Assembly: GCA_030141605.1 (NCBI GenBank)
Contig: JAQGDQ010000439.1
Coordinates: 1 to 64,000, forward strand
Direction: 5' to 3'
DNA: 64,000 nt
From: Tubiluchus corallicola
Taxonomy: Eukaryota; Animalia; Priapulida
Shown here: in pieces, positions 45,758 through 58,752 of the stretch
How the letters are laid out: each line of letters opens with the position of its first letter
Position numbering within the stretch: position 1 is the first letter of the stretch
Notes under the pieces: generated by a model
What the model was told of the DNA's origin: nothing
Database searches by the model: none
The model's input: only the letters and a program-made list of their open reading frames with translations
Position numbers and translations under genes: made by a program

Positions 45758-46331
45758 TAACTTTAAAACATTTGCAACAGGTTCTTAATTTTTGGCGACG
45801 TTAGTGACAACTTATAGATAACAAAACGACAGGTTCTAGTTTTGGAAATAGGGAATACAACGTCGCTGACAAGACAGTATCATTTCTTTATTTTCGGCAA
45901 ATTTAAGCTGTTCGTGTGTAATAATTAGATGCAAATTTCTCAGATCATACTGGGATAATTCAAAGGGCAACAAATCCCAGTTTTACTGCAGCAGAGCCTA
46001 GTTGCTCAGTTTAGATTTAAATTAAGAGCTGAACAAAAGCAGGTTTAGAAAGCAGTTGGATGAGTGGATTTCCAAAATATATCTGAAATCAAAAATGTTG
46101 ATCAAGGCACTAAATTTGTCCTAGTATGTATACGAGTGTTTAGATCACGGCGGATGATCCATGTGGGTTGTTCGACCTTAATTCGTATGTGGAACTTAAA
46201 ATCTCTTATTATATAAAGGATTCACAAAGAGATCACTTCTCTACAAATTTGTTAAGAATTTTTCTTAGAATAATACTGTAAGTTATTGTTAGACGAAAGT
46301 ACTTAGCTTTTACAAATATTTTGAGAAATAC

Positions 46332-46390
46332 CTCGGTATTGGATGCTTCAGTATAGCGTAACTATTTTCATCCCAAGTCCAGTCATTTTT
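46332..46390 (-). CDS. NOS1AP: CAPON/NOS1AP-like exon (PTB domain)
   Basis: ttccag|KNDWTWDENSYAILKHPIPR|gtattt, compare NOS1AP KEWTWDESKMLVMQDPIYR. Confidence 0.9.
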
Positions 46391-46422
46391 CTGGAAAACA
46401 CAAGAACATCTTAACGCATGAA

Positions 46423-46440
46423 TATCATCATCATCATCAA

Positions 46441-46487
<47 letters not shown>

Positions 46488-46590
46488 CCAGCACCAGCAC
46501 CAGCGCCAGAACCAGAACCACCGCCAGTGCCACTAGCACCGTCATCGCCATCGTCATTATCGTCATCGTCATCATCATCATCACCACCAT
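46423..46590. repeat. (CAT)n/(CACCAG)n compound simple repeat, intronic
   Basis: Visible directly. Confidence 0.95.
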
Positions 46591-46803
46591 CTTGAAAAGT
46601 ATTTGTTTTTACTTCGTTAACAATGACTATTCCTGTTATTTTGCCAAGAAACATTTAGAGTTATATTTAAATCTAAAACGTTACAGTCTTAACAGCTAGG
46701 AGGAACAAGGAGCAGTCTTCATGAACCTTTATGCTATCTGCGTTGTCTCATAGGAAATAATCGCTTCATGCTTGAAGCTTTCTAAGGTTGAACTATTTCT
46801 TAC

Positions 46804-46896
46804 CTTTCGTTTCCTCTTCAAGATGACTTTGACGCCGTCAGTTGATATGCAGATATCAACCTTCTGTTTTGTCATTCCTTTTGCCTTGAATTCATA
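46804..46896 (-). CDS. NOS1AP: CAPON/NOS1AP-like exon (PTB domain); the most 5' exon found
   Basis: tttcag|[31 protein letters not shown]|gtaaga, compare NOS1AP [31 protein letters not shown]. Confidence 0.95.
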
Positions 46897-49800
46897 CTGA
46901 AAGACAAAACAAGGTGAGAGATTGACAAAATCTCAACAGAGGAAACCTTACTAAATTGCTATTGATTCAAGAGAGGTGGTAAAGTAGATTTAAGTTTAGA
47001 AATATTGAACGTCATGCGGAGCGTGAACCATTATTGAGAATTTACATGTACGGTATTAAAAACTTTCGTCAACGTTACCAAATGTAGACCAAGTTGAGCA
47101 TTTGGTGTCTTTATTCACAGTTTAGCGTGAAGCAGTCGGGAAACAAGCCAGACAAGGGCTTCAATTATCTGATTCATATTTATGAATCAATATTAAACTT
47201 TGCCAAGTCTAATACATGGCGCAGCAACGGAACTCTAGCCAGCTCAGAGAGGAATGACTTTGCGGTGAAAGTTTTCTAGTTGTTAGAAAGATGCTCTATT
47301 GTCCTACAGTGGCACTTTCAAATGACCTTTGACCTTGAGTCAACCTATACAGATTAATTCGCATCCGTTTAAGCACTTGTCTTATACAATACTAGATAAA
47401 TTTTGGGATTAAACGTCTGCTAGTGTGGAAGTCTAAAATTTCACCGTAACTGCATGATTCTGATGAGTTAACAGGTGCATATTTTGTTCTAAAGCAAGTT
47501 TGGCTTTCAACCCTGCACCAGTCGCGCGCTGCGCAACTACCTTACCAAACGTGTTGCCATCTACAAGTTTTGCTTGTTGGTCGTCCGTCACTTTACTGTT
47601 TATGAGTTATTAACCAAAATAAAGACTGAAAATTTACAGGAAGTTAAAAGAGATCAGTGCTGTTGTACCGAATGTTTCCACATATTCTTAAAAGTTTTTT
47701 TTTGAATTTTCTAGACGTGCACAAACAAACAAGCGCCGCAAAGAAGCAAGCAAACAATCAAGAAACAAAGATACAAAGTGTTGTAGTGACAAAACTTCAG
47801 GTCCAAAGAAAGTTCTATAACGTTTCAAATGCTACTTAACTGCATTAGTAGCATTTTGAGCCTGTCTCATTCATCCGTAAACGCTTCAAAGCGTTTTTAG
47901 TCCTGCATATTGCTTCATTAGATTGACAGAGAGAAATGCGACGCTCAGACCATTTCTTACAAGTTTTCATTACACATATTCTTTGAAATGAGTCGCCATA
48001 AAAACACAATGCAGACTGAAATTTAATCTTCATCCATCGTGAAAAGATGTAAATGTCTTCGTAAAACCAGCTTTTCCTGTTAACTCTTTCGGACATTTTC
48101 CCAGAAATACAGGACTCTTAATGTTTTACGGCTTTATGTAAGCCTCCAATGCATCTTCATTAACCTGTCTACAAGATGCTATTTATTTCCTAACCGCATT
48201 TTAAACAGCGCTGGGTATTCATTATAGGGCTCTGACCGGAAAAAATCAAAGTACTTTGTGGAAAATGGAAAAGGGAATTTGCGAAATTGCTTGCACCTTT
48301 TGTGCTTTATATTAAGAGATGCTTTATAAGTAAAATTAATGAATAACAGAATTTCTCTGCAAAGAGTATAGTCAAACAAACAGCAACGGGATTATCTGTA
48401 ATTACGGGCGTAGGGCTTAAAGCGTACACCATCTGTAGACTTACTTTTTTAAATAAACTTATATAGTGTTTGGCAATAACTAACAGAGAAATTAGAATTT
48501 AAATGTCAGATGAGATTGTTTTGCTAAAATAGGGTGTTTTCCTGCGTAGCAAGTTTCTTCTTCAGGTACCCTATCAGCAAAAAGAGGACGCATTATCAGC
48601 TGATGTCACTTCAAGGTACTTTCCTTAAATTCTCTGTCATCGACATTTTTTCTATTTTATCTTCAAACATTTATATATTTATGTTTTAAAGTGTTTTACG
48701 AAATTTGGTGCAACAACAGCTGCCTGCCTTTCTTTAGTACTTTCAGCATGTTGAAGGTGCCCCTGGTCGGTAGAATTTTATTAGTCCCGTAAGATTAACT
48801 AAATTTAAAAAAGTCGTGAGTTTGTGTATCATAAGTCGAGCGTTTCTGGCTTAAAATAGATGTAAATCATTTGTAGTCGATTAATTTTAACACGATTGTT
48901 TTTGCTCAATGACATGATTTGCAGACAAGCAATTTCAAAACATTATTATGAACCGACATTGATACAATCACGTTGGTTTGACGCTGAACCAATGTTGACA
49001 AAACGTATGCAAGCAAGGCCATGGATGTACTTGTAAGTTAATGGGTGCTGCTAAGTTAACTATTGGAAAATGATTGGTATGCTTTGAAGCCTAAGCATGT
49101 ATAAAGCAAACACTCCGGGCACTACCCCAAGGAGAAGTAGACGACTTGCTTGAATTATAGATAGAATTTCATGTCAAGTGTAAGTGGGCACTCCATTATG
49201 GCTTCACTCCTCGGGTCCACGCGACTAATAAGAAAATCCCTAAGGAAATTTCAGGAAAGCACTTTTCCGTCAAATTGAATCTTTATCCGTCAGCTTTATT
49301 CGATTGCGGTTTAATGGAGCAATAATGTAAACACAGTTCGTGGTTAAGAAGCACCACTTTACCAGTTCGACAGGCCTACATGGTAAAACTGAGTAAAGGA
49401 AGATTCAACTCTAAATTATGAACTGAAACACTGCTCTGATCTGTCAATTGGCCTTGCAATTATTTATGTTACTAAGGTTTGTTGCTGCTGTTTTTATACG
49501 ATGTAGCTATTGTTAGTCCTATTGATGCTATGTTCTTTGTCACTGTTGCTGTTTATTGATTAGCAGAAGCATAAAACTTCTAAAGCAACTTTGCCGTAGC
49601 GTCTATCAACATAACTTACACGGACAGACAATTTATGCGTGTATTTGAGGATTTTATGCTCGTCGTAAAAGATTTTCTTAAAGGAAATTTATAGCATGAA
49701 AAGCAGTTTATCGCAAACAATTTATAGACATATGTAAGTTTACAAAACAGAAGTCATATACATCAGAAACTGTGAGGTGATGTTACACGTAAATAGAGTC

Positions 49801-49987
49801 AAGTGACGTCACCACGCGTGAAGCCGGCATTACGCAATAGACAACTTTATTACTTCCCAAAGCCAATTTTTAAAAATAACGAGACTGCAGAGCATCAGAT
49901 AATTGGGTTGAATCATTCCTAATAAATTGTTAATTTTATTATTTTTATGAAATTGAACTGTCGTCTTGTGACTCCTTAACATGTAGC

Positions 49988-50357
49988 TGTTACAGGCAAA
50001 GTGTAAAGCCTAGGCATCTCATGGAGTACGAAAACAAACCATGTGAAGTGTCTAAAATAATATTTTCTACACTTTGCCTAACCATTATATATAATGCAAA
50101 ACTTTGTCTAGGCAAAGTGTGTAAGTCTTAGACTTTCCTACGCATTTGATAGAATGCCGAATAAATTTTAGTTAATGCAGAGAAAAACACAAACCGTTTT
50201 GATATAAATTTCCTAAGCATTTTATATAATGTCAAGTATATTTTAGGAAAATATGTTTCAACGTGCCTGGAAATTTGTGTGGTAATAGTTGCGTGGTAAC
50301 ACATGAAATGCCTAGGAATTTTATAAAATGTCTAAATTTTGCACAATGCCTATAACA
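49988..50357. mobile_element. Degenerate MITE-like element with internal AATGCCTAGG-type subrepeats
   Basis: TGTTACAGGCAAAGTGTAAA / TTTGCACAATGCCTATAACA imperfect TIRs. Confidence 0.5.
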
Positions 50358-50756
50358 CAGCCATTGTCTGTAGCCAACAGAATTTAACATCATCTCATTC
50401 TGAATTGCAATGAAAGTGCAGTTTATTTACTTATTTTTAAAACAAGACGCGGATTTCTGTGTGTGAACCCATTCTATTGCTGCTTGACTAGACTTTATAT
50501 ATGGAGGAGGCGCTACATGTAGTCAATATAATAATACAGCCGCAATTCATTGATTTTTTAACAACTTATTTGAACTTATAAGATTGTATTTATAGATATA
50601 TATATCAATTATGGTGTGTGTAGTAAAAAAGACTACGCTGGCTTGATAGCGATGAGGACGTATCCTAAAGAATGCATGTACAAAGAAAAAGGTATGTCGA
50701 TTATTACAGGATTTTTTATGAAGTCCAATCTATGGTTTTTGCTGACTTATACACAA

Positions 50757-50856
50757 TACACACACACACACGCACGCACGCACGCACACACACACACATA
50801 CACACACACACACGTGCGCGCACACGCACACACACATGCACACACGCACGCATGCG

Positions 50857-50924
<68 letters not shown>
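50757..50924. repeat. (CA)n microsatellite
   Basis: Visible directly. Confidence 0.98.
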
Positions 50925-50933
<9 letters not shown>

Positions 50934-51645
50934 CACATGCCATCATCATAATGAGACTAATCAATGCAATCCATTAGGAACCATAAGCGTGGCCACTTTA
51001 TAACATTTTCTGAAAGGTAAACTTACTAGACAACACTATTAATAACTTATTAGCATTGTTGTCCAGTAATAAGAGTGGCAAATTTTGACTAGTTTACTTC
51101 AAATGTCTTCCTTTTTCCAAGCTTCAAATTAAAATGGCTTCACGAAAAGAGGCTGGAACCAGAATGTAGGTCAACTGCATCTGACTCACCATCTAAAAAC
51201 ACAAGAACATGCAATCTTTCTATAATCATGAATATTTACTGCTGGCTTACCATTTCCTTAATAGACCCTGAGATGCATAGCCATAAGACAATTTGTTTTA
51301 GACAGTGAGTAATTTGAATGATGATACGAAAGATTGGTTGTAGCATGGGTAGTGAGTGTATAGTAGACGCCTGCGTTTATTATGACAGCATTTTTAGTAC
51401 GAATGCGATGCAGTGCTAGCCTACAACAGTGGTGAAAATTAACCATTATGTTAGTACAAACGGTTTTAGGGAGAAATTATGAAATATGAGTTTAAAATTA
51501 AGACTGTGCTCAATATCAGACAGTTCAAATTTAACAGTTTACAAATTTAGCTTTCAAAGATGTATTTCTGCACATTTTGTTTAATATCCAATTTGTTTGT
51601 GATAATAGTCATTTTCTTTACTTGTACGGACTTCAATAAAGTTAC

Positions 51646-51795
<150 letters not shown>

Positions 51796-54069
51796 TATTA
51801 CCATTATTACTATAGCTATCTCAAGTGCAGGCTAAAAATCACAATCAACAAGGTAATCTCTAATGGTGCGCACAACATTTAACAAAAGAAGTTAGTGACG
51901 AGTAAAAATTTTTGTCATATCTCTCTAACATATAATAATAGCAAGAAGCCTCTACATTAATAGTGCATTAACAATTATCGTATAACCTGACAAGAAAATA
52001 AAAATCAGCGAAAAGCATCAAAAGGTGACAAAGAAAGCAAGGCATTAATAGGAACAATAACATCATGTGGGTGTAGTATACCTATATTAATGAAAGTCTG
52101 CATTGATTCCGAAATGTCAAGCAGCAATTTCTACATTAACAAGCAAAAATGAAGCAACACTCTGACATAATAAACGTTGTTGATGATTTTATATTGGGAA
52201 TACATTAACATTTATGCATTTGAGGGGAAAATATAACAATAGCTTCAACTGGAAATTTATTAATTTGTTTGATTAATTTTCGGTAATTGCAGCAACGTTG
52301 AAACGTTGAGTAAAATCGCTAAAATTAAAATTGTTCTGCACCTTTTCAGCTGTCTCTTTTTTACTCTCCAAATAATGACGTCGATGGTTATGAGAGCCAC
52401 AAGCATCTGCCGTCATTACTGTTATTGCAATCATAGCGACCGTGACGATAATTGGAGCAGCAGCGATGACAGAACCATAGTAACACACAACCATAGTCTT
52501 CATTAACGTAGATGCGCTTGTTCTTTTCAAAAGCAGCAACTGACTTATAATAAAACGTAATGCGTTTTTATTGCAGTAAACAGTCATTTTAGTGAACTAA
52601 TTTCATGTGTATCGTTTTTTGTATATAATTATGTAAACAGCGTGTCCGCTTTTATGTGTGTTTTTTGTTGTTTTGTGCTCTGTTTTATTGTAATTTTAGT
52701 AATTTTAGTCATACGTTTGAATGTGTAGTCTTAATGTCTTATATATATATATAAGATGCACGAATATATATATATATATATATTCTTTAGTTTATATGTA
52801 TGTTTTATATAGATTTTAAGTCAGAAATAAAAATGTGAATTGAAATGAGTTTTCGAATAAACTGTATGTTGTCCTATTAGTATTTTGCGGGTTAGATTGT
52901 TTTGAGCCATATGTTAATATTGGGTCCAGTTTTCCTTTAATTTACCTCTTCGTCTGCTTACATTTTAATTAACGTTCATCCTCCGATAATAATTGTGACG
53001 GACGCTGCTGTTTATATTTGGAACTTGGGGCCGGTACCCCAGAGTAGTCATAAAGATAACGACATCGTTATTAATATTTACTGAATGTATTTACAATGTT
53101 AATAACTAGGTGACGACTTTCAGAGAGCCGTCAGCTCTCGTGCAGCATGAAAGACTGCAAAATATTTTTTGTTTAGGATGAGATCAATCAGGTAATGTGA
53201 GAAGATTATGACAACTATAACCGAACCTGAATTGAGAGATTAAGAATCATAATTAATAGCTAAATAAGACATATTAACACACAATTCAAAATTCAAAGTG
53301 TGCACACCTTTTATATCACAGTAACATATATAGAATGTTATTCTATCTGTGTGGTTTTTTTGCATTATAATGTATTGCACTGTATTTGTGATTTGTTGCA
53401 ATGAATTGTAAAACTGTAGTGTGTTGAATCGTCAATACATTATCTTCTTATAATAAGAGAGCCAGTTCCTGACAAATCCGTGATTAAGCTATTGCTTGCT
53501 TACAGGAACAGGAAGTAACGTTGAAATTTACATCTTAATCTGACAACGATGATGACAACGGGGACGACGACGACGACGATGATGATGGCTATGATTATGA
53601 TGACGATGATGTTGATTAGACAAAATGGCGTCTGAGAACAGATTTGACAAAAACAAAACTAAACGCAAACGACATTTTGCGAAAACCATAAGGAAACGGC
53701 ATTGTTTCTTGTGTTGCAGTTTTGCAATGATTGACGTTGATGAGCTTGAGTTCAGTTTCTCTCAAATCAGGCAATATATCTGTCTTTGCACTGTCAAACT
53801 TTCACACTTAAGTAAATGGACATTTCACTGTAGGCGGGCTTAATATTGGTTACGAAGTTTGATTTGGTAGCCTTTTATGTTGACAAGTTATGTCTGACGA
53901 CTTTAGCTTCAAGCAAAAAACATCTAAGAGCTGGTTGTGCTTTTTCGAGTAGCATGTAGCATGGATCACTACGTGACATTTCGTGCATTATTAACCAGGG
54001 CTGGTTGCACACTTGGTGCTGCTTATTGTGGAGTTGCATGCTATAGATGAATGCATGCAATTAAGATTG

Positions 54070-54410
54070 TTACTTAAGATAGGCCCAATGATGTAGCATG
54101 AACTTGTTCTCCAAAGTCCCATTCCGTCTGTTGTACACATTGAATCTACCATTTATTAGGGCATTCCACCCACTCTTATCTGCAGCTAACAGCGTAAGTT
54201 CTTCTACTTCTAACGCTAGATTTGGTTGAAGTTGTTGAACAGCTTTATTTATCTTAGCTCTCCAATTTGTTTTTGGTTTGTCAGGTGGTTTTTTGCAAGG
54301 TTTTAAGACCTCTTTTAAGGCGATTCTTACTGGGGTTTCACTTGGTAATCTGAAATGGTATCCTAGCCATCATAATCTTCTGAACTTGACTTTTGAACTC
54401 CAAGGAAAAG
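54070..54410 (-). mobile_element. RTE-clade LINE 3' fragment
   Basis: PWSSKVKFRRL*WLGYHFRLPSETPVRIAL...KPKTNW...LAADKSGW matches the RTE C-terminal RRLxWxGH...GRPxxxW...LAxDRxxW pattern. Confidence 0.8.
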
Positions 54411-54800
54411 GTACAAGTAAAAGAGTTTTAAGTCATATTTGGTTTAATCATTTTCTAAGAGCGGAACCATATTTTTGTAAACTTGGCTCTTTCAACTGGT
54501 AAAGATAAGCGAATGCTGTAAGTTGCCAATCTTTCCAGAAAATTCGTTAGTTTGTACTAAAGAGTTTTAGCTACTTATCGTTGCGACGCAGATTCGGACA
54601 GCATTGATGGATGTGTTCGTCTAATAACGATGGAATTAGTCCAACACTAAGATGTAGCCATATCCGCGCAATAAATGATTGCTTTTAAATTTTGAAGACA
54701 AGATGTAGTTAATTCTTTAATGAAAAACGATGAAGGGCAAGGGTGACTTTCAACGGAGACTTTACTCCAATCTTTGACAGGTCCCTCGGTCCTGACGCCT

Positions 54801-55012
54801 TATCATCACCCCTTCGTCGTCGTCATGATCATGATCATCACCATTATCATCATCATTGTCACCATCGTCATGATCTTCATGATCATTATGATCATGATCA
54901 TCACCATCGTCATCAATATTATCATCATCATCATCATCACCATCGTCATCAATATTATCATCATCATCATCATCACCATCATCGTCGTCGTCATCATCTT
55001 CATCACCATCAT
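54801..55012. repeat. Degenerate (CAT)n simple repeat
   Basis: Visible directly. Confidence 0.95.
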
Positions 55013-58000
55013 GTTCATTTCTTTTTGTCCTCTTGTAAAAAGAAGCTGCCAAATTCTAAGTCTATTATAAGATGTGAATGTGTACTGTAGTTTTAAAAAT
55101 CAAGTCATATATTTTTACTTGCTCCCCTTTAAGTAAATGGCATTTTATATAAGAGAGAAATAACCGTTATTAAAGCTATTCACAGTAATTTCTTCAACAT
55201 CCGTATTGATCTACATGAGGAACAAACAGCTCACAAACACATACATTTATTTGTACTTTATAGATACGTCGCTACTATTACGTTGCAACTTGCAATACTT
55301 GTAAAGTACTATAAGTGTGGTGTAATATAATAAAATAAATGCTAAATACGTAATAGAGAAAAGAACACAGATAGGTCTCTTATTAGGTATACACAAGCAT
55401 AACTTTCACGGGTTCACAACACTCAAAACTTGAATGGAAATACTCTTACAGTTTCTCAAGAGATTTTTTTTGTGAAAATTATGAATTCGAGCTTCGATAC
55501 TTCACTGACTTCAATACTTCAGTTTTATTCGCTAGGCTGCATAGTCGAGATAATGCACCCCTAAGCAAGGTACTGTAGCGTGGAAACGAACAATAACCGA
55601 AAAAACAGTTTTTTTAACACAATGAACGTACACATGTTTTTAATAGATTGTGAAATTCAAAACAACTTTTTCGTTTTCATTAGTCAGCCCGCTTAGACAT
55701 TTGGAAGCAAAAGTGCATAATTATAGAAAATCGTCATAGAAAGCTATAAAAGAAAGCCTTAAGATGCTAATAATATATTATGCTTATCTTATTTTGTCAC
55801 TTTGGTGTAGAACAATGAGCTTGTCATCTTGTATTCTTAATGCGTCCATCGTTTAGCTGTTAACTAAACTCCTAATCTACTAGATTCCATACAATTTTCT
55901 AATAAGTGTAATAAAGCAAAATGAGTAAATGCTGTTAGTCGGCAATAATGTGGCTTCACTGCATCATAAAGTGGAAAAAGTATTAGTGAGTTTATCAACC
56001 CAAGTTAAATTGTAGCTGTAGCAACAATCAGTGGCAAATGAATGGTTCCCTAGTCCCTAATAAAATAAGCAACACAGGCGTAACGTGTCATATAGCAGAA
56101 GTTGTTGACAATTTATCGTAGGAATAGAAAATTAAAAGTAAAAAGAAAATGCAGTGTGACTAAAGTACAAGTTAGAAAAATACGCTTGCTGCTGTTCTGT
56201 CAAACATGGAAAGACCTGCATATCTGGTGAAAAGTTCAAATATTAATATTATTTGAATTGTCAGTAGGCGATGTGAGAAGGATATGTTTTCAGTTTTCTG
56301 CCAGAACATTACGATAATACCACAATATCGTTATCTTAGCGATGAAAAGATCTCACTTTTATTTGTTAAGATGTCAGTTTTACTTTGGTGTCGCTAACAA
56401 ACCGTTCCAGCTTGGTTCAGCCCCAAAAGGTAACTGAAAGTGGGGAAAGTGAAAAAAATTGAAAAACATGATCCAACTTTGATGCAATAATAATTTGAAG
56501 TACTTGTCATGCCAAGATTTAACGTACGGGCCTGGCTGCGTGAATTTCAAGATAACCGGAGAGAAGCCATCGCTTGTTATATGCTTAAAACAATCTACCC
56601 TATAATGTACTAAAAGGGAACATACCATTTTTTCAAGAACGACTTACTTGATTTATCATTATTAGCACAGAAATATTTTCCCGTTCACGCCACTAGTTCT
56701 TCACGGTTACATGCATTTAGCCATTAGCCAGTTAGACGGTCACTAGCACCTGCGTTTTGGAAACGCGTTGCACACAAAACGGATGCTGTACCTATCAGTT
56801 CAGATGTGGCTCTGTTGTGACGTGGTACACACGTTCGAGAGCTCATGTGTGAGCATAGCGGTAAATTTGAAATTTTAATTTTTATCTTAAAACTTGCCGA
56901 ATTTTAGAACAACACACTGAATCTCTTACAATAGTGCTGCACTTCAATCTTCGCTTTCACAAACACGTGCAACATGCTCGTGGAATGTGATAAAAGTTAT
57001 ATCCATTTGTGATGTCATCACTAGTTGGGCTCGCCCGCCATTAATTAAGTTTTTAATTTATTACTTAATTATCAGAAACGTTTCCGCATTATTATAGGTG
57101 TTAAACGTCGAAATGGGTTAGGATATGAAAAATCATCCTGTTTTCCTTTAAGGTAAGCGTGCAGCTGCAGCTGTTGCTTGCGCGACGTATTGCAGCTGTA
57201 ATTACGAAGCTGCTGATTAAATTTCGCTGATTTGTTAATGAGATCTCAAATAATCCAACCGCCACTTATAATCCAGTTGCAGCGAGACGGGGAAATTTGT
57301 TTGTCATTTTACGACGACGACAGTTTTCTTCATCAGTGCGATTGAATTTTAATGATACGGCAGCCGTGTAAATCAGAGGCCTGCGCAATTTTTTATTGAT
57401 TAAATGAGACATGTGCGTGCCAACAATTTTTGTAATAATAAATCTCCTGCAGGAACTAAATCCTGACGGAAATCAATGCCACAAAGCTCTTATAATGCAG
57501 GAAAAATTTTGAAAGAAATCTATTGTACCAAATCATAATTGCAAGCAGAGCGTTGCAAAGTTTCTGTTGGCATTACTCGCAGAGGAACAAGCCTAGTTTT
57601 ATGAATGCAACACTAAGTAATTAATAAATACTTGTTTATCATTGTTTAAACCTCATTACAAATGATTATAGATATGTATTGTGTGTATAATTAATTTAAT
57701 TTGTAAGATAGATCTATATACTGCTGCAATTATAAACAGTAGCACCATTCATGGAGCAGTTCTTTACCAACATAGTAGAAAACAAATTTCTTACAATTCT
57801 TGGCGGGAATTTAAGGAATTTCAGTAGGCACAATAACGAATGTCGTGGTACTTTGGTAAGCACTCTATGAGCTTTGACTTCAGTTGCTAAATTGTTCTAT
57901 TATTAAAACAGTACACCCATCGCCCCTTTCTGCTGCATGGGCTAGGACATCTTTCGTTGGTTTTTGTACTACCATAGTTTCGATATCGAGTAAATCCAAT

Positions 58001-58714
58001 ATTTTTTAGTAATTTATCTGCTGCATCTAAAGTGTGATGACAAGTCACTAGATCAGTGTCCCCAGCGCCTGGTGAGATTATACCTGTTGACTTGACTTGC
58101 TTAGACAAGAGACTTCTTTGGGAATTATTCCCAGTTTCCTAGTGTGTACAAAATTCTTATAGCGCATTCTACTGGGACCTACAAAGTTAAAGACATTCCG
58201 TTTGTGTTTATCAATCATATTCTCAAACTGATTTCATTTCACAACAGCAGACTGGCCGCTTGAGTCAACAGTTTTTCTTTGTTTGACGTTTAACTCAGGC
58301 GATAAAATAAAAGTCTTCATCGAGTAGTAACAGAATCAACACGAAAAATCAAGTAAAACCAGGTCTGCTAAAGTCTTGCTAGAAGGCAACATAAAATTGA
58401 TTTTCTAGTGACGTTTTAGAAAAATTGATAGTAATGATAATGCTACTTCCCGCAGAAAAGGAAACATGCTTTAAGCGTTGCAAGTTAAAGACTTATTTTC
58501 TGGGATCCAATTTCAGAAGCTAAAGGTGCAACAAAGGTAAAATGCTTAAGCTATTAAATAGATTTATTAATTCTAGGACTTTGTTTAAAGGTACTAAAGA
58601 TAAAATCACTAAAGATAATGTGTTTGAAAATAAGATAGTGTTCTTCTGAGACTAGGTCATAAGCGGTAAAAGAGGTCAAAATGCCCTAAATGTCTCAAAA
58701 ATTCATTTTTACTT

Positions 58715-58752
58715 CAGAAGCTTTTATCGTTCCACACGGACTTCATCAGCTG
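58715..58752 (-). ncRNA. Degenerate minimal hammerhead-ribozyme-like motif (Penelope-type)
   Basis: Minus strand CAG-CTGATGA-A-GTCC-GTGT-GGA(A)C-GA(TAA)AAGCTT-CTG; the core carries insertions. Confidence 0.4.

Noticed and set aside
48070-48170. Minus-strand KTLRVLYFWENVRK, like an integrase Zn-finger segment
   Set aside because: The His/Cys ligands are not recoverable, there are multiple stops, and no supporting domains were seen.
49183-49232. Possible HDV-like ribozyme (TCCTCG loop, CTAA)
   Set aside because: I could not build consistent P1.1, P2 and P3 pairings.
57150-57480. Cluster of CAGCTG E-boxes and TGATT-type homeodomain sites suggesting an enhancer
   Set aside because: Short motifs are expected by chance; conservation or chromatin data would be needed.
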